Assembly (NCBI RefSeq): GCF_003214255.1
Contig: NZ_CP029011.1
Location: 30,001 to 62,000 of the forward strand
Reading direction: 5' to 3'
Length of the DNA: 32,000 nucleotides
DNA from: Candidatus Karelsulcia muelleri
GTDB taxonomy: Bacteria > Bacteroidota > Bacteroidia > Flavobacteriales > Blattabacteriaceae
Shown: one piece after another, positions 18,954 through 28,614 of the stretch
How the letters are laid out: each line of letters begins with the position of its first letter
Position numbering within the stretch: the stretch's first letter is position 1
Made by a program: the position numbers and the translations under genes
Notes under the pieces: generated by a model
What the model was told of the DNA's origin: nothing
What the model saw: only the letters and a program-made list of their open reading frames with translations
Databases searched by the model: none

Positions 18954-19541
18954 TTAATAATAATAAATTTTTTTTTCAAAATTTTTAAATTTTTTTTTCA
19001 AATTTAAAATATATTCAATTTCATCATATCCATTTATGAAACATTTTTTTATAAAATCATCTATTTTAAAAAATTCTTTTTTTTTTTCAATTTTTACATA
19101 TTGGTGTTCAAGATTTATTTCAATAAATAAATTAGGATTTAATAAAATTTTTTTTAAAATAAATTTTAAAAAAGTATTTTTTAATTCGATAATTAATAAA
19201 CCATTATTTAAAGCATTTTGTTTAAAAATATCAGCAAAATAATTTGAAATTACTACTTTGAATCCATAATCTCTAATAGCCCACGCTGCATGTTCTCTAC
19301 TAGAACCACAGCCAAAATTTTTTCCAGTTATTAAAATTTCTCCATAAAATTTTTCATGATTTAATATAAAATTTTTTATTAAATTTCCTTTTTGATCAAA
19401 TCGCCAATCTTTAAATAAATTTTTTCCAAAATTAATTTTTTTAGTTAATTTTAAAAATCTAGCTGGAATAATTTGATCAGTATCTATATTTTCTAGATAA
19501 ATTGGAACTGCTCTACTAATTAAAGTAATAAATTTTTCCAT
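18954..19541 (-). CDS. leuD: 3-isopropylmalate dehydratase small subunit
   Basis: 195-aa ORF with 'ENIDTDQIIPARFLK' and 'GKNFGCGSSREHAAWA'. Confidence 0.93.
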   Translation of the reverse strand: MEKFITLISRAVPIYLENIDTDQIIPARFLKLTKKINFGKNLFKDWRFDQKGNLIKNFILNHEKFYGEILITGKNFGCGSSREHAAWAIRDYGFKVVISNYFADIFKQNALNNGLLIIELKNTFLKFILKKILLNPNLFIEINLEHQYVKIEKKKEFFKIDDFIKKCFINGYDEIEYILNLKKKFKNFEKKIYYY

Positions 19542-19551
19542 AAATAAATAA

Positions 19552-20961
19552 TTAATTAATAGGATTATATTTTAAATATTCTGATACATTTACAATTTTT
19601 CCTTCCAGAGCTGTAATGGCTGCTACTAAAGGACTAGCTAACAAAGTTCGTGCTCCTTTACCTTGACGGCCTTCAAAATTTCTATTTGAAGTAGATAAAC
19701 AATATTCCCCAGATGGAATTTTATCTTCATTCATTCCTAAACAAGCTGAACATCCTGGCAGACGTAATTCAAAACCTGCATTTAATAAAATTAAATCAAT
19801 TTTTTTATTTAAAATTTGTTTATATACTTGTTTTGAACCTGGTACGACCAAAACATAAACATTTTCTGCTTTTTTTTTATTTTTTATAATTTTAGATATT
19901 AATTTAATATCTTCTATTCTAGAATTAGTACAACTGCCAATAAAAATATAATTTATTCTTAATCCTAATAAAGACTCTCCTTCTTTTAAACCCATATATT
20001 TTAGAGATTTTATTTTAATATTTCTTTTTTCAAAATTATTTTCTTTTGGAATTGAATCAGATATTTTTATGCCCATACTTGGATTAGTTCCATATGTTAT
20101 CATGGGATAAATATTAGAGGAATTAAATTTATATTCTTTCTCAAAAGATGCTTTTTTATCTGTTTTTAGATTCTTACATTTTTTTTTAAAACTATTTAAT
20201 TCTTTTTTCTTGGTAGAGAAAATTTTATAATATAAATATTTTAAAGTTGTTGTGTCTGGTTCTATCATACCTCCTCTTGCGCCCATTTCTATACTCATAT
20301 TGCATACCGTCATACGTTCTTCCATATTCATTTTTTTAAATACAGATCCACTATATTCTATAAAATAACCTGTTCCTCCATCTGGACCTAATTTAGATAT
20401 AATATATAAAATTATATCTTTTGCAGTTACTCCTAAATTTAAATTTCCTTCTAATTTTATACGCATTTGTTTAGGTTTACTTTGTAATAAACATTGAGTA
20501 GCCATTACCATAGCTACTTGACTGGTCCCTATACCAAATGCTATACAGCCAAAAGCTCCATGAGTAGAAGTATGACTATCTCCACATACTATTGTCATTC
20601 CAGGAAGAGTAATTCCAAGTTCAGGACCAATAACATGTATTATACCTTGAAAATCATGTTTTAATCCAAAAAATAATATTCCATTTTTATTACAATTTTT
20701 TTTTAATTTTTCTATTTGAAATTTTGAAAGAACATCTTTTATTGGAAAATTTTTAGCAGTTGTAGGAACATTATGATCTGTTGTAGCTATTATTTTATTA
20801 GGTTTTAAAATTGAAATTTTTCTTTTTTTTAATTCTTCAAAAGCTTGTGGACTAGTTACTTCATGTATATAATGCCTATCAATATAGAGAACATCTATTT
20901 TTTTATTTAAACTAAAAACTACATGTGATTCCCATATTTTTTCAAAAAGAGTTTTATTCAT
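19552..20961 (-). CDS. leuC: 3-isopropylmalate dehydratase large subunit
   Basis: 469-aa ORF with 'DRHYIHEVTSPQAF', 'VCGDSHTSTHGAFG', 'GSCTNSRIEDI' and 'PGCSACLGMN', giving the aconitase-type Fe-S ligands. Confidence 0.96.
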   Translation of the reverse strand: MNKTLFEKIWESHVVFSLNKKIDVLYIDRHYIHEVTSPQAFEELKKRKISILKPNKIIATTDHNVPTTAKNFPIKDVLSKFQIEKLKKNCNKNGILFFGLKHDFQGIIHVIGPELGITLPGMTIVCGDSHTSTHGAFGCIAFGIGTSQVAMVMATQCLLQSKPKQMRIKLEGNLNLGVTAKDIILYIISKLGPDGGTGYFIEYSGSVFKKMNMEERMTVCNMSIEMGARGGMIEPDTTTLKYLYYKIFSTKKKELNSFKKKCKNLKTDKKASFEKEYKFNSSNIYPMITYGTNPSMGIKISDSIPKENNFEKRNIKIKSLKYMGLKEGESLLGLRINYIFIGSCTNSRIEDIKLISKIIKNKKKAENVYVLVVPGSKQVYKQILNKKIDLILLNAGFELRLPGCSACLGMNEDKIPSGEYCLSTSNRNFEGRQGKGARTLLASPLVAAITALEGKIVNVSEYLKYNPIN

Positions 20962-20962
20962 T

Positions 20963-22120
20963 TTATAAAAAATTATTTTTTTTTAAAATTTTTTTTAAAT
21001 CTTCATCAGAAATTTCTTTTTTTTTATCTGCATATTTTATAAAAAAATTATAAATTAAATCTAATTTTGATTTTTTAAATGAATAACCTAATTGTTTATA
21101 ACGATAGGCTAAAGCTGAACGTCCACTTCTAGCTGTTAAAATAATAGAGGATTTTTTAACTCCTACATCTTTTGGATTAATTACTTCATAAGTTTCTCTT
21201 TTTTTAATTAATCCATCTTGATGGATTCCGGAAGAATGTGAAAAAGCATTAGCTCCTACTATTGCTTTATTATACTGAACCAACATCCCGGTACATTCAG
21301 ATACTAATTTACTTGTTTTATATAATAATTTGGTATTTATTTTTGTATAAAAATTTAAATGTTTATGTTGTTTCAGTATCATAACAACTTCTTCTAAAGA
21401 AGTATTTCCTGCTCTTTCTCCAATTCCATTAATAGTACATTCTATTTGTTGAGCTCCATTCATTATTCCAGCTATTGAATTTGCAGTCGATAATCCCATA
21501 TCATCATGACAATGAGTTGATATTGTAACTTTATCAATTGAATTAACATTTTCTTTTAAAAATTTAATTTTTTCAGCATATTCTTCAGGTAAACAATAAC
21601 CTGTCGTATCTGGAATATTAATTACTGTTGCTCCTGCTTTTATAACAGCATCACAAATTTGTGCTAAAAAAATATTTTCTGTTCTGCCAGCATCTTCTGC
21701 ATAAAATTCTACGTCTTCTACAAATTTTTTTGCATATTTTACTGCCTCTTTTGCAAGATCTATTATTTTTTTTTTAGTACTATTGAATTTATATTTAATA
21801 TGATATTGAGAGGTACCTATTCCTGTATGAATTCTCGGCTTTTTAGCATATTTTAATGCTGAAGCTGCAACTTCTATATCTTTTTTTACAGCTCTTGATA
21901 GACTACATATTATTGGTTCAGAAATAGATTTACAGATTGCTTCAACTGAATGAAAATCACCTGGACTAGATATCGGAAATCCGGCTTCTATTATATCTAC
22001 TCCCATTAGTTCTAATTGCCGAGCTATTTTAATTTTTTCTGATGTGTTTAATTTACATCCCGGAACTTGTTCTCCATCACGTAATGTAGTATCAAAAATT
22101 TTAATTCTTTTTTTTTTCAT
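20963..22120 (-). CDS. leuA: 2-isopropylmalate synthase, short form (catalytic domain only)
   Basis: 385-aa ORF with '[11 protein letters not shown]', '[12 protein letters not shown]' and 'NGIGERAGN'. It ends right after '[16 protein letters not shown]', the linker that precedes the regulatory domain in roughly 500-aa LeuA proteins. Confidence 0.9.
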   Translation of the reverse strand: MKKKRIKIFDTTLRDGEQVPGCKLNTSEKIKIARQLELMGVDIIEAGFPISSPGDFHSVEAICKSISEPIICSLSRAVKKDIEVAASALKYAKKPRIHTGIGTSQYHIKYKFNSTKKKIIDLAKEAVKYAKKFVEDVEFYAEDAGRTENIFLAQICDAVIKAGATVINIPDTTGYCLPEEYAEKIKFLKENVNSIDKVTISTHCHDDMGLSTANSIAGIMNGAQQIECTINGIGERAGNTSLEEVVMILKQHKHLNFYTKINTKLLYKTSKLVSECTGMLVQYNKAIVGANAFSHSSGIHQDGLIKKRETYEVINPKDVGVKKSSIILTARSGRSALAYRYKQLGYSFKKSKLDLIYNFFIKYADKKKEISDEDLKKILKKNNFL

Positions 22121-22158
22121 ATTTAATTAATTTCAGAGGCTGGGCATAAAAATGGTGA

Positions 22159-22494
22159 TTATCTTTTAATTAAAAAAATAATTTCTAATATTAGTGAACA
22201 ATAATAATTTATCATATAATTAAGAATTATAAATTCATTTGATAATTTAAAATTATTTATCATATAAAAAATAATTACAATATTTAATAATAAATTAAAA
22301 AAATATTTAAAATAGAGATTTAACTTGTTTTCTAAAAAAAAATAAAATAAAAATATTTTTAATTTTAATAAAAAAATTATTAAATATAAAATTTTTATTT
22401 TGGAATCATCATTAAAAAATATAATTATTAAATTATAATTAAAAAAATATAATATTATTATTGAAATAATAAGATAAATCAATTTTTTTTTCAT
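22159..22494 (-). CDS. Hypothetical hydrophobic protein (uncertain)
   Basis: 111-aa ORF with ATG start and strongly hydrophobic low-complexity sequence, and no motif. Its start is 7 bp from the divergent tyrS start. Confidence 0.3.
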   Translation of the reverse strand: MKKKLIYLIISIIILYFFNYNLIIIFFNDDSKIKILYLIIFLLKLKIFLFYFFLENKLNLYFKYFFNLLLNIVIIFYMINNFKLSNEFIILNYMINYYCSLILEIIFLIKR

Positions 22495-22501
22495 ATAAAA
22501 A

Positions 22502-23782
22502 ATGATTAATTTAATACAAGAATTTTTGTGGAGAGGATTAATACATAATACTACTTATAGTAAAAAAATCAAAAATGAAAAAATTACTTTATATACAGGA
22601 TTTGATCCTACTTCTAAATCTTTACATATAGGAAATTTAGTAGCTATAATTATGTTAATTCATTTTCAAAGATCAGGGAATAAGATTATATCAGTTATTG
22701 GAGGAGGAACAGGAATGATTGGAGATCCATCTGGAAAAAATAGTGAAAGAATTCTAATTAAAAAAGAATCTTTACAGAAGAATATAAAAAATATAAAAAA
22801 ACAATTATCTTTTTTTTTAGATTTTCATTATAATGAAATATTAAATAATTATGAATGGTTAAAAAAAACATTATTTCTTGATTTTGCTAAAGATATAGGA
22901 AAATATTTTCCAATTAATTATATGTTATCAAAAGATTCTATAAAAAAAAGAATTTATAAAAAAAATAGTATTTCATTTACAGAATTTACATATCAATTAT
23001 TACAAGCATATGATTTTCTTTATTTATATAAAAAAAAAAATTGTTCATTACAAATAGGAGGTTCTGATCAATGGGGAAATATTACCAGTGGGATAGAACT
23101 TATAAGAAAAAAACTAGGTATAAAAGTAAATGGATTAACTTTTCCGTTAATTACTAAACTTGATGGCTCAAAATTTGGAAAAACTGAAAAAGGAGATAAT
23201 ATCTGGATAGATCCAAATTTAACATCTCCATATGAATTTTATCAATTTTGGATAAATATTTCTGATGATCAAGCAAAAAAATATATAAAAATATATACTT
23301 TTTTAAAAAAAGAAGAGATAAAAGAAATTATTTTTTTTCATGAAAAAAATCCAAATTTAAAATTAATTCAAAAAAAAATAGCATCTGAAATAACTATTTT
23401 TGTACATGGAAAAAAAATTTTTGAAAAAATAAAATTTATATCAAATATTCTTTTTAAAAAAGAAAAAATTTTAACTAATCTAAGTAAAAATGATATTAAA
23501 TCTATATATGAAAATATTCCTCATAAAAATTTATTTATAGATATAAATTTTAAAATCCCAATTTTAGATTTATTAGTAAATAAAAGTAATTTTATTAAAT
23601 CTAAAAAAGAAGCTATTAGACATTTAAAATGTAATTCAATTTTAATAAATAAAAAAATAATAAAGGAAAATTTTTTTTTAAAAAAAAAGGATTTGATCTC
23701 AGAATCATATGTTCTTTTGCAAAAAGGGAAAAAAAATTTTTTTATGATTAAATTTAATTTTTTGTTTTTAACACATTTATAA
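22502..23782 (+). CDS. tyrS: Tyrosyl-tRNA synthetase
   Basis: 426-aa ORF with 'GFDPTSKSLHIGNL' (HIGH), 'GGSDQWGNI' and 'KFGKTE' (KMSKS). The C-terminus is S4-like. Confidence 0.95.
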   Translation: MINLIQEFLWRGLIHNTTYSKKIKNEKITLYTGFDPTSKSLHIGNLVAIIMLIHFQRSGNKIISVIGGGTGMIGDPSGKNSERILIKKESLQKNIKNIKKQLSFFLDFHYNEILNNYEWLKKTLFLDFAKDIGKYFPINYMLSKDSIKKRIYKKNSISFTEFTYQLLQAYDFLYLYKKKNCSLQIGGSDQWGNITSGIELIRKKLGIKVNGLTFPLITKLDGSKFGKTEKGDNIWIDPNLTSPYEFYQFWINISDDQAKKYIKIYTFLKKEEIKEIIFFHEKNPNLKLIQKKIASEITIFVHGKKIFEKIKFISNILFKKEKILTNLSKNDIKSIYENIPHKNLFIDINFKIPILDLLVNKSNFIKSKKEAIRHLKCNSILINKKIIKENFFLKKKDLISESYVLLQKGKKNFFMIKFNFLFLTHL

Positions 23783-23811
23783 AAAAATCTCTATTTAAAG
23801 ATAAAGAATAT

Positions 23812-26604
23812 ATGGAATATAATTTTAATAAAATAGAAAAAAAATGGCAAATTTATTGGAAAAAAAAAAAAATTTTCAATAAAAAAATTCTTTATAAGAA
23901 AAAAAAATATTATATATTAAATATGTTTCCTTATCCTTCTGGAGAAGGATTACATGTTGGCCATCCAATAGGATATATAGCATCTGATATATATGCACGT
24001 TATAAAAATTCTCAAGGAGAGAATGTTATTAATCCAATAGGATTTGACTCATTTGGATTACCTACAGAACAATATTCAATCCAAACAGGAATACATCCTA
24101 ATATAATGACAAAAATTAATATTAAAAGATATAAAATACAACTATTAAGATTAGGAATCTCTTTTGATTGGGACAGAGAACTAAATACTAGTGATAGTAC
24201 ATATTTTAAATGGACTCAATGGATGTTTATAAAAATGTTTAATTCTTGGTATGATAAAAAATTAGAAAAAGCTAGATCAATTAAAATTTTAATTAATGAA
24301 TTTAATTTCAATGGAAATAGAAATATTAATGCTTTTTCTACATTTAAAAAACGATTTTCTGCAGATGAATGGAAAAAAAAAAAAAATTTTGAAAAAGAAA
24401 AAATTTTACAAAACTATCGTATAGCTTTTTTATCAAAACGATCTGTAAATTGGTGTCCTAAATTAGGGACTGTATTAGCAAATGATGAAATTAAAGAGAA
24501 TCTCAGTAAAAGAGGAGGTTATCCTGTTTATAAAAAAAGAATGTTACAATGGAGTCTTAGAATAAGTGCATATTCTGAGAGACTTTTAAATGGTTTAAAT
24601 AAAGTTAATTATCCTGATAATTTAAAAAAATCTCAAAAATCCTGGATAGGAAAAGAATCTGGAATAAAAATATTTTTTTCATTAGAAAAAAATGAAAAAA
24701 TAAAATTAGAAATTTTTACTATTAAACCATATATGTTATTTGGAGTAACATTTATAATAATTCCATTAGGAAGTTATTTTTTAGAAAGAAAAAAAATAAC
24801 AAATATTGTTGATAAACAATATATTAATGATGTAAAAAAATATCTTTTAAATTTTTCTCTAAAAGAAAAAGAAATCTCAGGAATATTTACAGGCAATTAC
24901 GTTTTACATCCATTGACTAAAAAAAAAATTCCAGTTTATATTAGTTCTTTTATAAAAGATGATTATAATTTAAATTCTATTATGTGTGTTCCAGCACATG
25001 AAATTAAAAGTTATAAATTTGCTAAAAAATTTGGTATTAAAATACTTGAAGTGTTATCTATAAAAAGTTCTGAAAAGATTTTTTGTATAAATTCTTCATT
25101 TTTAAATGGATTAAATTTAAAAAATTCTTTTTTTTTTATAAAAAAAATTTTATTAAACAAAAATTTTGGAAAAAAAAGTATTTCTTTTAAATTAAAAGAT
25201 GCTGTTTTTTCAAGACAAAGATATTGGGGGGAACCAATTCCAATATATTATGAGAATAATATTCCTAAAACAATAAATAAATTACCTTTATTATTACCAT
25301 ATATGGATTTACCATATATGGATATTTCTCATAATGAGATTAATTCTCCATTAACTCGAGCTAAATTTTGGGCGTGGGATAAAAAAAATAAAAAAATAGT
25401 TTATACAAATTTAATAAATAAGAAAACCATTTTTCCTTTAGAAACTAATACGATGCCTAGTTGGGCTGGCTCAAGTTGGTATTATTTCCGATATATGGAT
25501 CCTAAAAATAAAAATTTTTTTTTAAATAAAAGAAAAGAAAATTATTGGAAAAATGTTGATCTTTATGTAGGAGGAATAGAACATGCTACAGGTCATTTAA
25601 TTTATGCAAGATTTTGGCATAAATTCTTAAAAGATTATGGATTGGTAAATTCAGAAGAACCTTTTAAAAAAATTATTAATCAAGGAATGATTTTAGTAAA
25701 ATCTGCTATTATTTATCGTAATAAAAAAAAAAAATATTATATATCATATAGTTTATTAAATTTAAAAAAAAAAAATGATTTTCAAAAAATTAATATAGAT
25801 ATCAAATATATTAAAAATAAGAATGAAGTAGATATAGAAAAAATAAAAACTTGGCGGTCTGAATTGAATAATTCAAAATTTATATTAGATAATGGAAAAT
25901 TTACATGTAATCGTATACTTGAAAAAATGTCTAAATCTAAATATAATGTAATTAATCCAGATTTTATTTATAATAAATATGGTGCTGATACATTCCGTAT
26001 GTATGAAATGTTTTTAGGACCATTAGAAAAATCTAAAATCTGGAATATAAAAAATATAGATGGAATCTATAATTTTTTAAAAAAATTTTGGAATTTTTTT
26101 CATAAAAAAGGAAAATTTTATGTAGATGAAAATTATCCTTCTAAAGAAGAATTAGAAATTTTATATAAAACTATAAAAAAAATAAAAAATAGTCTAGAAT
26201 CTTTTTCTTTTAATATACCTATAAGTGAATTTATGATTTTTTTAAATAAATTAATACGTATGAAATGTTATAAAAGACAAATATTAGAACCAATAACTAT
26301 TTTATTTAGTTTTTATGCTCCTCATATTTCTGAAGAAATATGGTATAAATTAGGTAAAAAAAAATCTATTTATTTTGCTAATTTTCCAAAAAACAATCTA
26401 AATTCTCTTTTAGAGAAATATTTTAATTACCCAGTAACATTTAATGGAAAATTTCGTTTTAAAATTAAATTTAAAAAATCTGAACCAATTCAGAAAATTG
26501 AAAAAAAATTATTAAACAATGAAAAAATAATTTTGTTTTTAAAAAACAAAAAACCTAAAAAAATATTTATTATTCTGAATAAAATAATTAATATAGTTTT
26601 TTAA
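23812..26604 (+). CDS. leuS: Leucyl-tRNA synthetase
   Basis: 930-aa ORF with 'MFPYPSGEGLHVGHPIGY', 'VGGIEHATGHLIYARFW' and 'KMSKSKYN'. Confidence 0.96.
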   Translation: MEYNFNKIEKKWQIYWKKKKIFNKKILYKKKKYYILNMFPYPSGEGLHVGHPIGYIASDIYARYKNSQGENVINPIGFDSFGLPTEQYSIQTGIHPNIMTKINIKRYKIQLLRLGISFDWDRELNTSDSTYFKWTQWMFIKMFNSWYDKKLEKARSIKILINEFNFNGNRNINAFSTFKKRFSADEWKKKKNFEKEKILQNYRIAFLSKRSVNWCPKLGTVLANDEIKENLSKRGGYPVYKKRMLQWSLRISAYSERLLNGLNKVNYPDNLKKSQKSWIGKESGIKIFFSLEKNEKIKLEIFTIKPYMLFGVTFIIIPLGSYFLERKKITNIVDKQYINDVKKYLLNFSLKEKEISGIFTGNYVLHPLTKKKIPVYISSFIKDDYNLNSIMCVPAHEIKSYKFAKKFGIKILEVLSIKSSEKIFCINSSFLNGLNLKNSFFFIKKILLNKNFGKKSISFKLKDAVFSRQRYWGEPIPIYYENNIPKTINKLPLLLPYMDLPYMDISHNEINSPLTRAKFWAWDKKNKKIVYTNLINKKTIFPLETNTMPSWAGSSWYYFRYMDPKNKNFFLNKRKENYWKNVDLYVGGIEHATGHLIYARFWHKFLKDYGLVNSEEPFKKIINQGMILVKSAIIYRNKKKKYYISYSLLNLKKKNDFQKINIDIKYIKNKNEVDIEKIKTWRSELNNSKFILDNGKFTCNRILEKMSKSKYNVINPDFIYNKYGADTFRMYEMFLGPLEKSKIWNIKNIDGIYNFLKKFWNFFHKKGKFYVDENYPSKEELEILYKTIKKIKNSLESFSFNIPISEFMIFLNKLIRMKCYKRQILEPITILFSFYAPHISEEIWYKLGKKKSIYFANFPKNNLNSLLEKYFNYPVTFNGKFRFKIKFKKSEPIQKIEKKLLNNEKIILFLKNKKPKKIFIILNKIINIVF
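25294..25323. repeat. 15-bp perfect tandem duplication inside leuS
   Basis: ttaccatatatggat occurs twice, at 25294-25308 and 25309-25323. It is in frame and gives LPYMD-LPYMD. Confidence 0.92.
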
Positions 26605-26676
26605 ATTTTAAAGTATAGAATTTTTTTAAAAAAAAATATATTATATATATAATTTAAATATTAAAAATCTCTTTTT

Positions 26677-27528
26677 ATGAGAGAGGATTATAAAAATTTA
26701 ATAAAACTTTGTACGCAAGTAAGAAGAGATATATTAAGAATGGTATATTTAGCTAATTCTGGTCATCCAGGTGGCTCAATGGGATGTACTGAATATTTTG
26801 TAGCTTTATATAAAGTAATAATGAACTATGATACCAAAAATTTTAAAATAGAAGGAAAAAATGAAGATTTATTCTTTCTTTCTAATGGACATATTTCTCC
26901 TGTATATTATAGTATCTTATCAAGATGTAATTTCTTTCCTCTTAAAGAATTAAATTCTTTTAGAAAAATTAATTCTCGTTTACAAGGACATCCGACTCCT
27001 TCTGAAGGGTTACCAGGGATTAGAATTTCTTCAGGTTCCTTAGGACAAGGAATGTCCGTTGCTATAGGTGCTGCTTTAGCTAAAAAACTTAATGGAGAAT
27101 CAACAGTAATTTATAGTTTACATGGTGATGGAGAACTTAATGAAGGTCAAATATGGGAAGCAGTTTTATATGCTGGAGCAAAAAAAATAGATAATTATAT
27201 AGCTACTATAGATAATAATGGTCAACAAATAGATGGAACGACAGATGAAGTTCTAAATTTGGGAAATATTAAAGATAAATTTGAATCTTTTGGATGGTTT
27301 GTTTTAGAAGAAAAAAAAGGAAATAAATTAATTAATGTAATTAATGTGTTAAAAAAGGCTAAAAAATTTATTAATAAAAAAAAACCTATATTAATAATTT
27401 TAAAAACTAAAATGGGATATGGAGTAGATTTTATGAGTAAAGATAATTCTTGGCATGGAAAAGCTCCTTCTTTTGAAGAGCTACAAAAAGCTTTAATTCA
27501 ACTTCCCCAAACATTAGAAGATTTTTAA
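26677..27528 (+). CDS. Transketolase, N-terminal (TPP-binding) subunit
   Basis: 283-aa ORF with 'NSGHPGGSMG' and 'HGDGELNEGQIWEA'. It stops where the pyrimidine-binding domain would begin and is followed 6 bp later by the C-terminal subunit. Confidence 0.9.
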   Translation: MREDYKNLIKLCTQVRRDILRMVYLANSGHPGGSMGCTEYFVALYKVIMNYDTKNFKIEGKNEDLFFLSNGHISPVYYSILSRCNFFPLKELNSFRKINSRLQGHPTPSEGLPGIRISSGSLGQGMSVAIGAALAKKLNGESTVIYSLHGDGELNEGQIWEAVLYAGAKKIDNYIATIDNNGQQIDGTTDEVLNLGNIKDKFESFGWFVLEEKKGNKLINVINVLKKAKKFINKKKPILIILKTKMGYGVDFMSKDNSWHGKAPSFEELQKALIQLPQTLEDF

Positions 27529-27534
27529 AAAAAT

Positions 27535-28503
27535 ATGAAATTATATAAAAATATAGGAATGAGAGAAACTCGTTCCGGATTTGGAGATGCATTATTAAAA
27601 TTAGGAAAAGAAAATACTAAAATAGTAGCTTTGTGTGCTGATTTGACTAATTCATTATCAATGACAAAATTTTATAAATTATTTCCTTATAGATTTTTTC
27701 AAATAGGCATTTCAGAAGCTAATATGATGGGAATTGCAGCTGGACTGACTATTGGAAATTATATTCCTTTTACTGGAACATTTGCCAATTTTGCTACGGC
27801 AAGAGTTTATGATCAAATTCGTCAATCAATTGTTTATTCTAAAAAAAATGTTAAAATATGTGCCTCCCATTCTGGGATTTCTTTAGGAGAAGATGGGGCA
27901 ACTCATCAATCTTTAGAAGATATAGGAATGATGAAAATGTTACCAGGTTTAGTAGTTATAAATACTTGTGATTATAATCAAACATATGCTGCTACAATAG
28001 CAATTTCAAAATATATAGGACCTGTTTATTTAAGATTTGGGAGACCTGCAGTACCTAATTTTACTAGTGAGAAAAAACTATTTCAAATAGGAAAAGCAAT
28101 TATTCTTAATAGAGGAGAAGATGTAACAATAGTTAGTACAGGGCATTTAGTTTGGGAATCTTTAGAAGCCGCTAAATTTTTAAAAAAAGAAGGGATTTCA
28201 TGTGAAGTAATTAATATACATACAATAAAACCATTAGATGAAGAATCTATTTTAAAATCAGTAAAAAAAACTAAATGTATAATTACTGCAGAAGAACATA
28301 ATTATTGGGGGGGATTAGGGGAAAGTGTTGCAAGATTATTAAGTTTAAATTATCCTTGTTCACAAGAAATAGTAGCTGTAAATGACACTTTTGGAGAAAG
28401 TGGCAAACCATTTGAATTAATGAAAAAATATTCTTTAGATAAAGAAACTATTATTAAAAAAGTAAAAAAAGTAATTAAAAAAAAAAAATTATTAAATTAT
28501 TAA
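27535..28503 (+). CDS. Transketolase, C-terminal (pyrimidine-binding plus C-terminal domain) subunit
   Basis: 322-aa ORF with 'FFQIGISEANMMGIAAG' and 'SLGEDGATHQSLEDIGMM'. Confidence 0.9.
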   Translation: MKLYKNIGMRETRSGFGDALLKLGKENTKIVALCADLTNSLSMTKFYKLFPYRFFQIGISEANMMGIAAGLTIGNYIPFTGTFANFATARVYDQIRQSIVYSKKNVKICASHSGISLGEDGATHQSLEDIGMMKMLPGLVVINTCDYNQTYAATIAISKYIGPVYLRFGRPAVPNFTSEKKLFQIGKAIILNRGEDVTIVSTGHLVWESLEAAKFLKKEGISCEVINIHTIKPLDEESILKSVKKTKCIITAEEHNYWGGLGESVARLLSLNYPCSQEIVAVNDTFGESGKPFELMKKYSLDKETIIKKVKKVIKKKKLLNY

Positions 28504-28506
28504 AAT

Positions 28507-28578
<72 letters not shown>

Positions 28579-28614
28579 CCTAAAAAATTCTTAATTTAAG
28601 TTTTTTTATTAAAA

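Noticed and set aside
23783-26676. Shared 'aaaaatctct' string upstream of both the leuS and transketolase starts, as a possible regulatory motif
   Set aside because: There are only two occurrences, of about 10 nt, at different distances from the ATG (about 21 nt versus about 6 nt), in very low-complexity sequence. This is insufficient to distinguish from chance.
26677-28503. Transketolase in two ORFs, which could indicate a frameshifted pseudogene
   Set aside because: The break falls at the domain boundary, and each half has a clean stop and a clean ATG 6 bp apart. Two-subunit transketolases are a known natural architecture, common in Bacteroidetes and some Firmicutes.
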